DNA of 64,000 nt from an uncultured archaeon (GTDB lineage: Archaea; Thermoproteota; Bathyarchaeia; Bathyarchaeales; Bathycorpusculaceae). The stretch spans positions 1 through 64,000 of the forward strand of contig CAWALK010000001.1 in assembly GCA_963782915.1 (NCBI GenBank), in the 5' to 3' direction. Below are positions 9,736-19,002 of the stretch, piece by piece (the first letter of the stretch is position 1; the number at the start of each line of letters is the position of its first letter). The translations under genes and the position numbers were made by a program. Below the pieces are notes generated by a model. The model worked only from the letters and a program-made list of their open reading frames with translations. It made no database searches and was not told the origin of the DNA.

Positions 9736-10128
9736 GTGAAGGCTAAATGCAAAATAAGAAATCAACCAATCAAAGTATTACATGTCGACAAGGACAAGGC
9801 GTTTCTTGAGGTAACAAGGGGCATTCTCGAAATGCTCGGTACCTTCGAAATCGATGCTGCCCAATCAGTGGGCGAAGCCAACAAAGCGTTAGAAAAAGTG
9901 CAGTATGACGTTATAGTTTCAGCCTATTACCTTAACGGAGTTAATGGTTTAGAATTTTTTAATCAATTAAAAACAAAGGGCTTCAATGTTCCGTTTGTTT
10001 TGTTCACGATTAACGATGAAACCGCCGAGGAAGCAAAGAAGGCGGGCATACAATATATCGGCAAGTATGGTGACCCCGAAAAAGTTTTCAATCAACTGTG
10101 TGAAGCCATTAAATCTAGCAAGCAGTAA
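9736..10128 (+). CDS. stand-alone atypical receiver (REC) domain protein
   Basis: IKVLHVDKD, YDVIVSAY, NGLEFF, PFVLFT receiver motifs; the phosphoacceptor Asp position is Ala. Confidence 0.8.
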   Translation: MKAKCKIRNQPIKVLHVDKDKAFLEVTRGILEMLGTFEIDAAQSVGEANKALEKVQYDVIVSAYYLNGVNGLEFFNQLKTKGFNVPFVLFTINDETAEEAKKAGIQYIGKYGDPEKVFNQLCEAIKSSKQ

Positions 10129-10497
10129 ATTAGCCAGTTTTCTTTGATTACCCATAGGCTTTTAAACAATTTAGGGCTAATTAACTGGAAAAAAGGGCAA
10201 ATGCGCTTTGGATAATTTACACGCTAAACGGTCCGTTGCGGAACAAAAATTTTTTGAGGACTCCCTAGAGTACCTTGAGCGCCTGCAGAAACAGAAAGCC
10301 AAAGCAACACAACCCCCTTAAACAGACTTATCGCATACAAAGACAATACCTCCAGGTTGGCTCCAGCAAGGTTTCGGTGTTTTAGAAGAATTTCTCGGTT
10401 TACGGTTGCACATTAGCCCTAATATCTTCCAATGAATCCAGCTGTGTGCAGAAAACTTTAATTAAATATCCTTGTATTGATTCGCTGTAACTGGCGT

Positions 10498-10584
10498 GCG
10501 GGATTCCCCAAGCCTGGTATGGGGCAGGCCTGCTAAGTCTGTGGTCGAAAGGCCGCGTGGGTTCAATTCCCACATCCCGCGCCA
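10498..10584 (+). tRNA. tRNA-Ser(GCT), intronless, CCA encoded
   Basis: Acceptor GCGGGAT/ATCCCGC; anticodon arm CAGGC-CT GCT AA-GTCTG; long variable arm TGGTC GAAA GGCCG; T arm GTGGG TTCAATT CCCAC; G discriminator + CCA. Confidence 0.95.
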
Positions 10585-11160
10585 TTTCCAAATTCAGTTT
10601 ATTTCTGAAGCTATTTTTAACAATTAAGCTCAAATTACAAGATGAAAACATGGCTTACCGCCTAAGGTCGAGTGTTTAAATTCCACGCGAATTCGAGAGG
10701 CAGTAGCACCTATTTTGGGGATAGCTCAATCCGCGCAAAGTTCGGGTCCGACAGTTATGATCTGTACATGCGCCTTTTATACTAAATTTCCCTTTTTTGA
10801 TTGAATAGATAGCGTTACCGGATTCGCGACTTATAACGGGAAAAAAATAGTGATTCTTTTTTATTTTAGATATTTTTTATTGTGGATTAGAAAAGAAAAT
10901 TTCGGAGTATATGCTCTCGCCCAAGAGAAGCATATTATCACAGGAAATACCAATATAATTCTTAATTAGGTCGAAAATCCCTGATTATTATTTATCTAAA
11001 TCGCATAGATTTTGTATTAACATGTTTCAGAACCCTTAATCATAAGTGGCCGGAGGAGACGAACCAGCAATTGAAGCCACAGAGACACCGTAAGATAAGA
11101 TACTAGTTGTATACAACAACATAGTCTTATTTTCGCAACTGCGTTTAAAAGATTGGTGGT

Positions 11161-12594
11161 TTGTTGCCAATCAATACTAAACCTAAACAGCTAATTGAAG
11201 CCCTAAGTCGCGATGAGCGATGGCAAAAAGGAAAAACCCTTACCAAAGAAATTCCCTGGAAAAGTCATGCTCATTGGAAGCGTGCGAAGGGTTCTCAGAA
11301 TCCAATTAGTTTGATCCAGGAAAATGACAAAGGCCGCCTATCCTTTTTATTGCCGATCAAGTATGGGCATATGGCTTCTTCCTCTTTTGCGTTCTTTAGA
11401 GGATCAGCCGTGGTTATGGCAGCCGATCTCTCCAATACTCCAGTTAGCGGCATTACAACTATGCTCTGTGGAGATGCGCATCTCTCCAATTTCGGTATTT
11501 TTGCATCCCCGGAACGCAAACTAATCTTTAATATTAACGATTTTGATGAATGCTATCTTGGACCATGGGAATGGGATCTAAAACGCTTAGCAGTAAGCGC
11601 TGTCCTAGCAGGAAAACAAAACGGTCTTAAAGCAGAGAATAATCGCAAGCTAGCCAAGCGTGTGGCCAAAAAATATCGCAAATCGATTACATCCTTTGCA
11701 GCTATGCCTACTCTAGACGTTTGGTATTATTCTGTTGACGCTGAGGATCTATTGAAAACGGTTTTCACTCCCAAGAAAGATTCAAAAATAATGGAAAAAA
11801 CGCTAAATAAAGCTAGAACTAGTACAAAAGAGCAAACACTTGAAAAGCTTACTGAAAATGTGAATGGTCATCGCCAGTTTATCAGTTCGCCTCCTTTAAC
11901 AATTCGTATAACTGACCTGTTGAAGAGTGAACTTTTAATCGCTGAAGATAATTTCAAAGTTACTCAAAATGATGTTGAAAGGGCTTGGCTTGAGTACATC
12001 AGCAGTGTTACAGCCGACCGGCGCAAGCTTTTAGGTCGTTATCATGTTGTTGATGTTGCTTTGAGGGTTGTCGGTGTGGGCAGTGTTGGCACTCGCTGTT
12101 TTATAAGCTTACTGCAGGCTAACTCTGCTGAGGATGCAGTCATTCTACAGCAAAAAGAGGTTGGGTCTTCAGTACTGGAGTGTTTTTTACCTCAAGTTGA
12201 ATTTGCCAATCATGCAGATCGGGTAGTGTCAGGGCAGCGGCTAATGCAGTCGGCAAGTGACATTTTCCTCGGAGGGAGTCATAGCTCTTTTTCTGCAAAT
12301 CGAGAATATTACTGGCGACAGTTAAAAGATATGAAAGGATCAATAGATGCGTCATTGTTGGATAAGGATAGCTTGGGGGAGTATCTTGCAGCCTGTAGCA
12401 ATTGTTTGGCGCATGCTCATGCTCGTTCTGGGGATGCTGTAGAGATTGCCGGTTACCTCGACGATGGTTCAGAATTTGATGAAGCTATTGCCGATTTCAG
12501 TGTAGCTTATGCTGAACAAACAGAGGGCGACTACCAGGAACTATTAGACGCCATTAATGACGGGCGTATTGTTGCGCAAAAAGGCAATAAGTAA
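11161..12594 (+). CDS. DUF2252 family protein (kinase-like fold)
   Basis: FAFFRGSAVVMAADL, CGDAHLSNFG, INDFDE, GPWEWDLKRL, VVGVGSVGTR, RVVSGQRLMQ, YWRQLKDMKGS. Confidence 0.92.
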   Translation: MLPINTKPKQLIEALSRDERWQKGKTLTKEIPWKSHAHWKRAKGSQNPISLIQENDKGRLSFLLPIKYGHMASSSFAFFRGSAVVMAADLSNTPVSGITTMLCGDAHLSNFGIFASPERKLIFNINDFDECYLGPWEWDLKRLAVSAVLAGKQNGLKAENNRKLAKRVAKKYRKSITSFAAMPTLDVWYYSVDAEDLLKTVFTPKKDSKIMEKTLNKARTSTKEQTLEKLTENVNGHRQFISSPPLTIRITDLLKSELLIAEDNFKVTQNDVERAWLEYISSVTADRRKLLGRYHVVDVALRVVGVGSVGTRCFISLLQANSAEDAVILQQKEVGSSVLECFLPQVEFANHADRVVSGQRLMQSASDIFLGGSHSSFSANREYYWRQLKDMKGSIDASLLDKDSLGEYLAACSNCLAHAHARSGDAVEIAGYLDDGSEFDEAIADFSVAYAEQTEGDYQELLDAINDGRIVAQKGNK

Positions 12595-12630
12595 CTATTA
12601 TAGCAGTCGCCTTAAAAATTTCTTAATAAG

Positions 12631-13284
12631 TTAACTTTTCGATCGTCTTCTCTTTAGCCGTAGTCGGTAAACTCTGTCAACCCAGGCCACACCCAAGGGA
12701 ATTATCCATATCCAATATCTGAGCGCAAGTCCGCTAATCTCGATTGACCAAAAAATGGGAATCGCTGATACGAAAAAGATTCCAGCACATAGAAACCAAG
12801 CGTTTCTTTCTACCTTAAGCGGGTGGATTAAGTCTTGTGGAACAAGTTTTCGGTCTTCTGTGCCAACCTCATCGCATAATAGCGCTTGCATCAGCATCAT
12901 CACACCAATGTCTATAGCGAAGATTGCAGACGCAGTGCCAAGAAAAGTGAAGCTTTCATATCCAGTGATAGGTGTTTGAAGCATGTTGAATAAGAACGGT
13001 TCAATGGAAACACAAAACAATAGAAAAACGTTGGTTAGCGTTGTTCTATTTCTTTCAAGCGGCAGCACTGACATAATTTGTTTATGCCTCATCCAGAGTG
13101 AAATGAGAATGTAGTAGCTAAATGCAAAAATTGCAATATCAACATACATTTCATTAGGAGTGGTCGGCGGATTCCCTACAAGAGTAACGGCACCAATAGT
13201 CAAAGCAAGCCCAAAAATAAGGTCATTAAGACCTTCAATGCTTAGTTTGGGTATTGACGGTTTATTACCCTCTATCTCAGACAA
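12631..13284 (-). CDS. TMEM175 (DUF1211) family potassium channel-like protein
   Basis: IEGLNDLIFGLALTI (cf. RLEAFSDGVFAIAIT); FAFSYYILISLWMRH; about 6 TM segments. Confidence 0.8.
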   Translation of the reverse strand: MSEIEGNKPSIPKLSIEGLNDLIFGLALTIGAVTLVGNPPTTPNEMYVDIAIFAFSYYILISLWMRHKQIMSVLPLERNRTTLTNVFLLFCVSIEPFLFNMLQTPITGYESFTFLGTASAIFAIDIGVMMLMQALLCDEVGTEDRKLVPQDLIHPLKVERNAWFLCAGIFFVSAIPIFWSIEISGLALRYWIWIIPLGVAWVDRVYRLRLKRRRSKS

Positions 13285-13470
13285 ATGACACCACTTAATC
13301 TTTGGATTTTCAAAAAAATAGAGCTATTTTTATTAAATGAATTAAAATAAAGTAATCAAAAAAAGAAAGATATTGAATTTGACAACTTTTCATGAATGCG
13401 ATCGTTCCGTCTGGGAAGAAAAGAAATCTATTAAAATCTTGTAATTGTGTTTTTTAGCGGAAATTGATTC

Positions 13471-13794
13471 TTACAATCTTGGAATTGAACTTGTGGTTGT
13501 CGAAAGATTGCGAAGTTCGTTAATATTTGTTATTTCTTCTGTTAACATAACGGTATCGGCTATTGGAGTCCTTATCATTTTGATGGGTAAGGGTATCACC
13601 GATTTTTTCATAAAGCCACTCTTGGCGCCATAGGTTTTTGCTACTTCATCACTTAGTTCAACATGGAATGCTACCGGTGTCAGAGTGAGGTCGTCCAAAT
13701 CCAAGTCTGCGAGTTTCCCCAGCACCGTTCCTTTTTTAGTAATAACGGTTTTGCCTATCAAATTCGTAATACTTACCAAAATTTCACCAATCAC
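13471..13794 (-). CDS. PRC-barrel domain protein
   Basis: LIGKTVITKKGTVLGKLADLDLD...IPLPIKMIRTPIADTVML. Confidence 0.8.
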   Translation of the reverse strand: MIGEILVSITNLIGKTVITKKGTVLGKLADLDLDDLTLTPVAFHVELSDEVAKTYGAKSGFMKKSVIPLPIKMIRTPIADTVMLTEEITNINELRNLSTTTSSIPRL

Positions 13795-14075
13795 TGATCA
13801 ATCTATCATTTTTAAAAAAGATATGTGGCTACACATTAAGTACAACTAACTTTTAAAACAAACTTTTGAAAACAGTTAAGTTCTTAAGCAAATTAGCGAT
13901 TGCAACAAAAGTTAATATTAATTGTTAAGCTTAATACGTTCGGTCATTTTCTTGAAGAATATCCTGTTGCAAGCAATGTTGCCGCTAACTGATATTTTAG
14001 ATATTTTTCAAAATGCGAGTCATCACAGCTTTGACAGGATTCATCAACAAGAAAAGTGAAGGGATAGTGTAAATT

Positions 14076-14756
14076 ATGGGCTTATCCGATTATTTCGGTA
14101 GATTCTGGTTCGCCGCTGAACCAATTTTCGGGGTTGTAATGACCCTGTGTTTTCTGGCTATTCTGAGAAATCAGGCGCTATATGCTTATCCAGCCCTCCT
14201 CGACCGAATCGCAGCGTTGGTAGTCGTTGCCGCCATTTCGTGTTGCATTGCTTGGGGAATAGTCGATGGTTTCTTCTATGTTTTTGAGAACCACGACCTA
14301 ACAGCAAGAAATAATCTAATCGCCAACTATGCAAAAGGCCCAAAGCAGACGGATATTAGCCTTAAGATGGTTGAGGAGGACCTGCAAGATACTCATGTAA
14401 ACGTTCTGAACGAGGATGAAAAGAAAAAACTTTACGAAAAAATCGTGTCCAATTATTCCGAGATAAAGTCAAAAGAGAAAGTTCCAGCTAAAGACAGCAT
14501 CATTACAATCTTTCTTGATATGTGCTTGAACCTTGGCGCTTGCCTAGTGATCATTTTTCCGCTCATATTGCTGCGAAATGTGCTAGCAATTCCTCAGTTG
14601 CTGAATTTGGCGGTTGTTATAGCGATTGTTCTGATGTTCGTCATTGGTTTTTGGACTGAGACGCGTAAGGGACTGTTGGTCAAGGCGAGGAAAGGAATCA
14701 TTTACTCTCTCTTGGGCATATTCATTACAGTATTGACATACTTTCTTGGAGGATAA
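14076..14756 (+). CDS. VIT1/CCC1-like membrane protein (paralog 1)
   Basis: EPIFGVVMTL, CCIAWGIVDG, soluble central loop, C-terminal TMs ending LGG. Confidence 0.6.
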   Translation: MGLSDYFGRFWFAAEPIFGVVMTLCFLAILRNQALYAYPALLDRIAALVVVAAISCCIAWGIVDGFFYVFENHDLTARNNLIANYAKGPKQTDISLKMVEEDLQDTHVNVLNEDEKKKLYEKIVSNYSEIKSKEKVPAKDSIITIFLDMCLNLGACLVIIFPLILLRNVLAIPQLLNLAVVIAIVLMFVIGFWTETRKGLLVKARKGIIYSLLGIFITVLTYFLGG

Positions 14757-14776
14757 ACTCCAACAAAGAGTTTTTT

Positions 14777-15442
14777 GTGGAGGCACTTTTAATGGTTAAG
14801 CATCGTATAGAAATTTCTGATAGTACAGGTGGCATGCTCTTTGGGGTAATTGCAACGATGATTACTATCAGCAGCCTTACCCTTGCTGCCTCAAAAACTG
14901 AAGGACTTGCATTGATAATTGCCATTACCGCGATTTCTGTAAATATCGCGCATGGTGCGCTTCACGGTTTTCTATACATTTTTGAGAAGGGATTTGAAAG
15001 AGGTACCTATTTGAGGTATGGGTTTAGCGTAAAAGCATCAGATGACCGAGATGCAGCAATTGCGCAAATAGAACAAGACCTTAACAAGAGCTCGCTTGAG
15101 CAGTTCAGCACCAAATTAAAAAGAGAATTCGCGATAGAAATTTATGAAAAGGCAAAAGTGCTTGAGAACCCTTCCCGTCTATCAAGAAGAAATGACTATA
15201 TAGGCGGTTTTTATAAGGGCTTTTTAGTTTTTATTGTAGGCATTTTAGTTGTTTGGCCTTTGTTAGTTATACCGAATCTGTTTAATGCCTTGTTGCTCGT
15301 TTTTTCTATAGCTATTGTATGCTTAGGCGTACTAGGTTGGTTTTACGCAAAATATGTTTTTAGAAACAAGCTGTTAATGGCTGTAGAGTTAATTATTGTT
15401 GGATTGATAATTGTAATAATAACTTTGATTTTAGGTGGCTAA
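14777..15442 (+). CDS. VIT1/CCC1-like membrane protein (paralog 2)
   Basis: GMLFGVIATM, VNIAHGALHG, same layout as the upstream gene, ends LGG. Confidence 0.6.
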   Translation: MEALLMVKHRIEISDSTGGMLFGVIATMITISSLTLAASKTEGLALIIAITAISVNIAHGALHGFLYIFEKGFERGTYLRYGFSVKASDDRDAAIAQIEQDLNKSSLEQFSTKLKREFAIEIYEKAKVLENPSRLSRRNDYIGGFYKGFLVFIVGILVVWPLLVIPNLFNALLLVFSIAIVCLGVLGWFYAKYVFRNKLLMAVELIIVGLIIVIITLILGG

Positions 15443-15612
15443 TCTTGCTCGCTTCTTGTATTATAAAATTTTGAAAAGCCAACTTATTGAAATAACCTCA
15501 TCAAAAATACCATTCTAACAATGATTTAAAAAAAGGAAAATGTTAAGTCGAGATAAATATTCTGGACGACTTAAAACGTGTTCTTCAAACTTAGCATTAA
15601 TGAGCAGAAAAA

Positions 15613-16185
15613 TTAAGCTTGTGCTCTTAATGCAGCGCCAATTTCTACTATAACTTCTGGTGTCACCATTCCTTGTGCTAGCATAATTCCGCCCGAATTA
15701 ACCAACGCCTGCTTAATGCCCTTAGCCCACAAATGCTCTACTAACATCAGCAATGCGGAACTGTTGTTAGGAATGTTTTCTGCGATTTCTCTAATGTTTT
15801 GCTTCGATAAGCCAAAGTCGCGTTCGCCGAATTTAGCACCTTCTATAGCTCCAATTTTTGCGCCTTCTATGCCGCCTGCACCTAAACCTATCAATGCACC
15901 TAAAACTGAATCAAGCTGTTTGATTTCTTTTTTGCCTAGATCTGAACCTTTAACCGCTCCGATATTGCCGTTTGCATCTTTAGCTATAAATAGGTAATCA
16001 ATCATCCGAATTAAATCTGTATTTCTGGCGTCGTTTATCGCTGGAAGAATTTCACCGCTAAATTTGTTACCCGGAAATCCTATTGCAAGCAACTGCATTG
16101 GACCATACATAACCGTTCGTTGAGACATAACCATAAAATCACCTCCGAAAAATCGGAATTTTTTTAGAACGTTATAAAGTAACAT
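15613..16185 (-). CDS. DUF6325/DUF1269 family protein
   Basis: GPMQLLAIGFPG.KFSGEILPA, IRMIDYLFIAKDANG, Gly-zipper LGALIGLGAGG, IPNNSSALLMLVEHLWA; true start probably near 16134. Confidence 0.8.
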   Translation of the reverse strand: MLLYNVLKKFRFFGGDFMVMSQRTVMYGPMQLLAIGFPGNKFSGEILPAINDARNTDLIRMIDYLFIAKDANGNIGAVKGSDLGKKEIKQLDSVLGALIGLGAGGIEGAKIGAIEGAKFGERDFGLSKQNIREIAENIPNNSSALLMLVEHLWAKGIKQALVNSGGIMLAQGMVTPEVIVEIGAALRAQA

Positions 16186-16250
16186 CCATCATCTAATAGG
16201 CATGTGTGACAACCACAGACAGCTACAAACTACAAAAAGAAAAATTTTTT

Positions 16251-16407
16251 CGCGATTCTGGGACCCAGTGGCCCACCACTCTAGTAGCAAAAGGGCATAG
16301 CCTAACCGATCTACTCGATGTGCGTTGGTTAAGTCCGGTACGACCCACCACCCGGCTTTTTACCTTTAAGGGAAGCCCTTGGCTGATATAACTTGGGCTC
16401 TCTCGCG
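16251..16407. ncRNA. candidate structured non-coding RNA
   Basis: GC-rich 157-nt stretch in an AT-rich intergenic region; ends pair (CGCGA..GGGACCCAGT / ACTTGGGCTCTCTCGCG); internal hairpins GCCC/GGGC, TAACCGA/TTGGTTA, CCGG/CCGG. Confidence 0.35.
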
Positions 16408-16418
16408 TTAAATTTAAA

Positions 16419-16447
16419 CGTGGGTGTAAATCTAATATCCCGCGCCA
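16419..16447 (+). repeat. decayed direct repeat of the tRNA-Ser 3' end (att-like)
   Basis: CGTGGGTgtaaatctaatATCCCGCGCCA vs CGTGGGTtcaattcccacATCCCGCGCCA at 10556-10584; 23/29 ungapped by hand. Confidence 0.7.
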
Positions 16448-16515
16448 CTTCTAACTTTTAGAGTGACTACAGACAAGAAAATATAGTCACCTCACCTAGA
16501 CATTATCCGCTACTA

Positions 16516-16631
16516 CTTGCAGTATACTCCACAACCAGCCTGCAACCGCTAAAACAAGCCAAACCAAAAACAGACTCAATCGCACAAGCCATTGGTTGTT
16601 GTTCTGTATAGGGGATTTTTGGCAACAACAC
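16516..16631 (+). repeat. dispersed intergenic repeat, module B
   Basis: Core 16594-16631 matches 61161-61198 at 35/38; upstream TCCACAACCA and CAAGCCAAA are also shared. Confidence 0.75.
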
Positions 16632-16689
16632 ACTGTAGAAAAACAAAGCGCTAAAACAGCAAGAGCAAAAGGCAGAAAATTGGGGTTAG

Positions 16690-17892
16690 TTAAGCCCAGA
16701 CAGTTTTTGAATACTCACTCATTATACCTTCACAGGTACGCTTAGTCTGTTGCGCTATCGTATCCCAACCATATTTTTCCTGCACAACCCTGTAGGCGTT
16801 TTCTTTGATCAAATCCCGATATTTATCATCCAGCAAAATCTTGTTTATGCCCCATGCAAGAGAATCTGGGTTATTCGGGTACACTTTCACGCCTGTCTTG
16901 TCATGATCCACAATCTCGGACATGCCGCCAGTGTCGGATACAACCACTGGGCTTTTTGCTGCCATAGCCTCCAAAGCCACGATCCCAAAAGGCTCAAAAA
17001 GCGACGGAACAACAGAAACATCAGCGCATTTCTGCAGCCTCAGCAAAGATGGCTCATCCATGAAACCTTGGAACAAAACTTTGTGTTCAAGCCCCATGCC
17101 GCGAACTATGCCTAGCAGTTGTTCTTTCATGTAGCCGCTGCCAACGATTATGAATTTTGCGTTAGCTTTGCTTAGAATTTTGGGTACAGCATTAATCAGT
17201 ACTTGGATGCCTTTTTCAAAAACTAGTCTTCCAACGTAGAGTATGATTTTTTCTTCTGGCAGGGCAAATTTAGCTCTGAAATCGGTCAAGTCTTCCTTGA
17301 TGCTATCATAGGTTCCTGTATCGACGCCGTTGGGAATCATATCCAGCTTATCGTTGGGTAACCCAAAAATTGTTCTAACATGCCCAACCATGTAGTCACT
17401 GCAGCATATCACTCTCCAAGCTTCATAATTGAGCCAAGCTTCGGTTTCATGAATCATCCTCTCAGTCGTAGTATGCAATGCTTCTCTTCGGCCCATTTCG
17501 GTTGAGTGCATCGTTACCAAAAGCGGTTTACGAAAAACATGCTTCAACCCTATACCAGCATCTGCTACTAGCCAGTCGTGAGCATGGAAGATGTCGACTT
17601 TTCCGATTTCTCTTACTAATCGGGCAGCTTCTTTTTGCATATTAAGATTCATCAAATAAATCCAAGAGGGAAAATCTGGCGCAGGATTCTTATAGGAATC
17701 AATCCTGTAAACTTCGACGCCATCAACCAATTCATAATCGGGTGCGTCTGGAAAATCGCAGGTAACGACTATAGTTCTTACTCCTTGTTTGACTAAGCTT
17801 CTGGATAAGTAGTATACGTGTGGTGATATTCCGCCGATTATTCTGGGCGGAAACTCCCATGAGAGCATCATAACAGTCAAGTTGTCTTTCAA
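16690..17892 (-). CDS. GT4 glycosyltransferase (alpha-glucan/glycogen synthase-like)
   Basis: WEFPPRIIGG, HAHDW, HSTE.GR, IPNGVD, VGRLVFEKG, PSLFEPFGIVALEAMA. Confidence 0.9.
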   Translation of the reverse strand: MKDNLTVMMLSWEFPPRIIGGISPHVYYLSRSLVKQGVRTIVVTCDFPDAPDYELVDGVEVYRIDSYKNPAPDFPSWIYLMNLNMQKEAARLVREIGKVDIFHAHDWLVADAGIGLKHVFRKPLLVTMHSTEMGRREALHTTTERMIHETEAWLNYEAWRVICCSDYMVGHVRTIFGLPNDKLDMIPNGVDTGTYDSIKEDLTDFRAKFALPEEKIILYVGRLVFEKGIQVLINAVPKILSKANAKFIIVGSGYMKEQLLGIVRGMGLEHKVLFQGFMDEPSLLRLQKCADVSVVPSLFEPFGIVALEAMAAKSPVVVSDTGGMSEIVDHDKTGVKVYPNNPDSLAWGINKILLDDKYRDLIKENAYRVVQEKYGWDTIAQQTKRTCEGIMSEYSKTVWA

Positions 17893-18506
17893 TTCGATTC
17901 CCCGCTTAACATCCTGTATTGTTTAGTTACATTCGATATCCAGTTTAGTGGATCAGTCGAGATAACATGGATCTTCTCTTTGGGAACCTTGTAAATTCGA
18001 ATTATTTCGTCACGCATCCAATCTGATTTAACACTAACTAAACCAGCATCATAGAAACCTAACCATTCTATGCTTTTTATCGCCATATTAACTGGTTCTT
18101 TGGCAAAGTTAGATCGATGGTCCTCAAGGCTTTCAACAGAATAAACAAAAGGAATCCCTAAACCATTTTTCAATGTAGCTGCCGCAGGAATAAAATGCCA
18201 ATCATAAACATCTATTACGTCAACCAAATTAGCGGCATTGTAGTAGATGTTAGCTGCTGCTCTTTCGACTTCTTGATTTAAGGTTAAAGTCCATGTTAAA
18301 ACTCCTATGTGCGTTTGAACAGGGTTGGATACTTTAACAATTTTTTCGCCAGTTGCTTCCTGGGTTTGGCTGGGTGAATTGTCGTAAGTTACGACGTTAA
18401 CGTCGACTTTTCTTGCAGCCAAGCCTCTGGATAGTGCTTTTACGTATGCTGAAATGTTACCTATGACCCGCGGCGGATACTCCCACGAAAAAATAATCGT
18501 ACGCAT
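17889..18506 (-). CDS. GT4 N-terminal-domain-only protein
   Basis: WEYPPRVIG, DVYDWH, KSIEWLGFY; ends after 205 aa with no EPFG/Rossmann C-domain and overlaps the next gene by 4 nt. Confidence 0.75.
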   Translation of the reverse strand: MRTIIFSWEYPPRVIGNISAYVKALSRGLAARKVDVNVVTYDNSPSQTQEATGEKIVKVSNPVQTHIGVLTWTLTLNQEVERAAANIYYNAANLVDVIDVYDWHFIPAAATLKNGLGIPFVYSVESLEDHRSNFAKEPVNMAIKSIEWLGFYDAGLVSVKSDWMRDEIIRIYKVPKEKIHVISTDPLNWISNVTKQYRMLSGESN

Positions 18507-18515
18507 AAGTATCTA

Positions 18516-18767
18516 CTAAGTGAAAAGCGAACACACCTTAATAATTCCTTTTGCGTTGAGATAGTACCACTTGTTACCATTGGGGTCAACGAAGTTTTCG
18601 GTAAACCCCTCCGATTTGTACTTATCCAAAACACTTTCAACCTCATTGGGGTCTTTTTGCATGAATTTTGCTATTTCATTGCCTTCCCTTGCCAAGTCAG
18701 CAGCAGTAGCACACAAGTTATGCAATGTCTGCAAAACCTTATCTGGGAACGGAATTTCTTCTCTCAT
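18516..18767 (-). CDS. small winged-helix-like protein
   Basis: 83 aa; NEIAKFMQKDPNEVESVLDKYKSEGF...GNKWYYLNAKG resembles wHTH plus wing. Confidence 0.6.
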   Translation of the reverse strand: MREEIPFPDKVLQTLHNLCATAADLAREGNEIAKFMQKDPNEVESVLDKYKSEGFTENFVDPNGNKWYYLNAKGIIKVCSLFT

Positions 18768-19002
18768 TGTAGGTACCTGCGAAAACTATGGGAACATAGG
18801 TTGAATGGTCTTATAAAACATCTGAGAAGTGCTGGTAAGAGCTGCTTTTGAGTGCAAAGCTGATTATCTGTTAAAGGCAAGACAAGCTTATCTGTAAATG
18901 ATATCCTGATGAATTATCGTTATCCCAAAAAACGCAACTCTTAACTTATAACAAAATAATATACAATCAGAGATTTTTTAACTTCGCAAGGAGACTCGGA
19001 GC

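Larger units (their letters stand above)
10585..16447. mobile_element. degenerate genomic island at tRNA-Ser (no integrase left)
   Basis: AT-rich block bounded by the tRNA 3' end (10556-10584) and a decayed 29-nt direct repeat of it (16419-16447). Confidence 0.6.

Noticed and set aside
10400-10651. 83-aa minus-strand ORF (MARDVGIEPTRPFDHRLSRPAP)
   Set aside because: It is the antisense translation of the tRNA-Ser gene
10665-10745. tRNA-like fragments (GGTCGAGTGTTTAAATTCCAC; GGGGATAGCTCAATCCG) suggesting a permuted or split tRNA
   Set aside because: No acceptor stem, anticodon arm or BHB motif can be built; too degenerate to call
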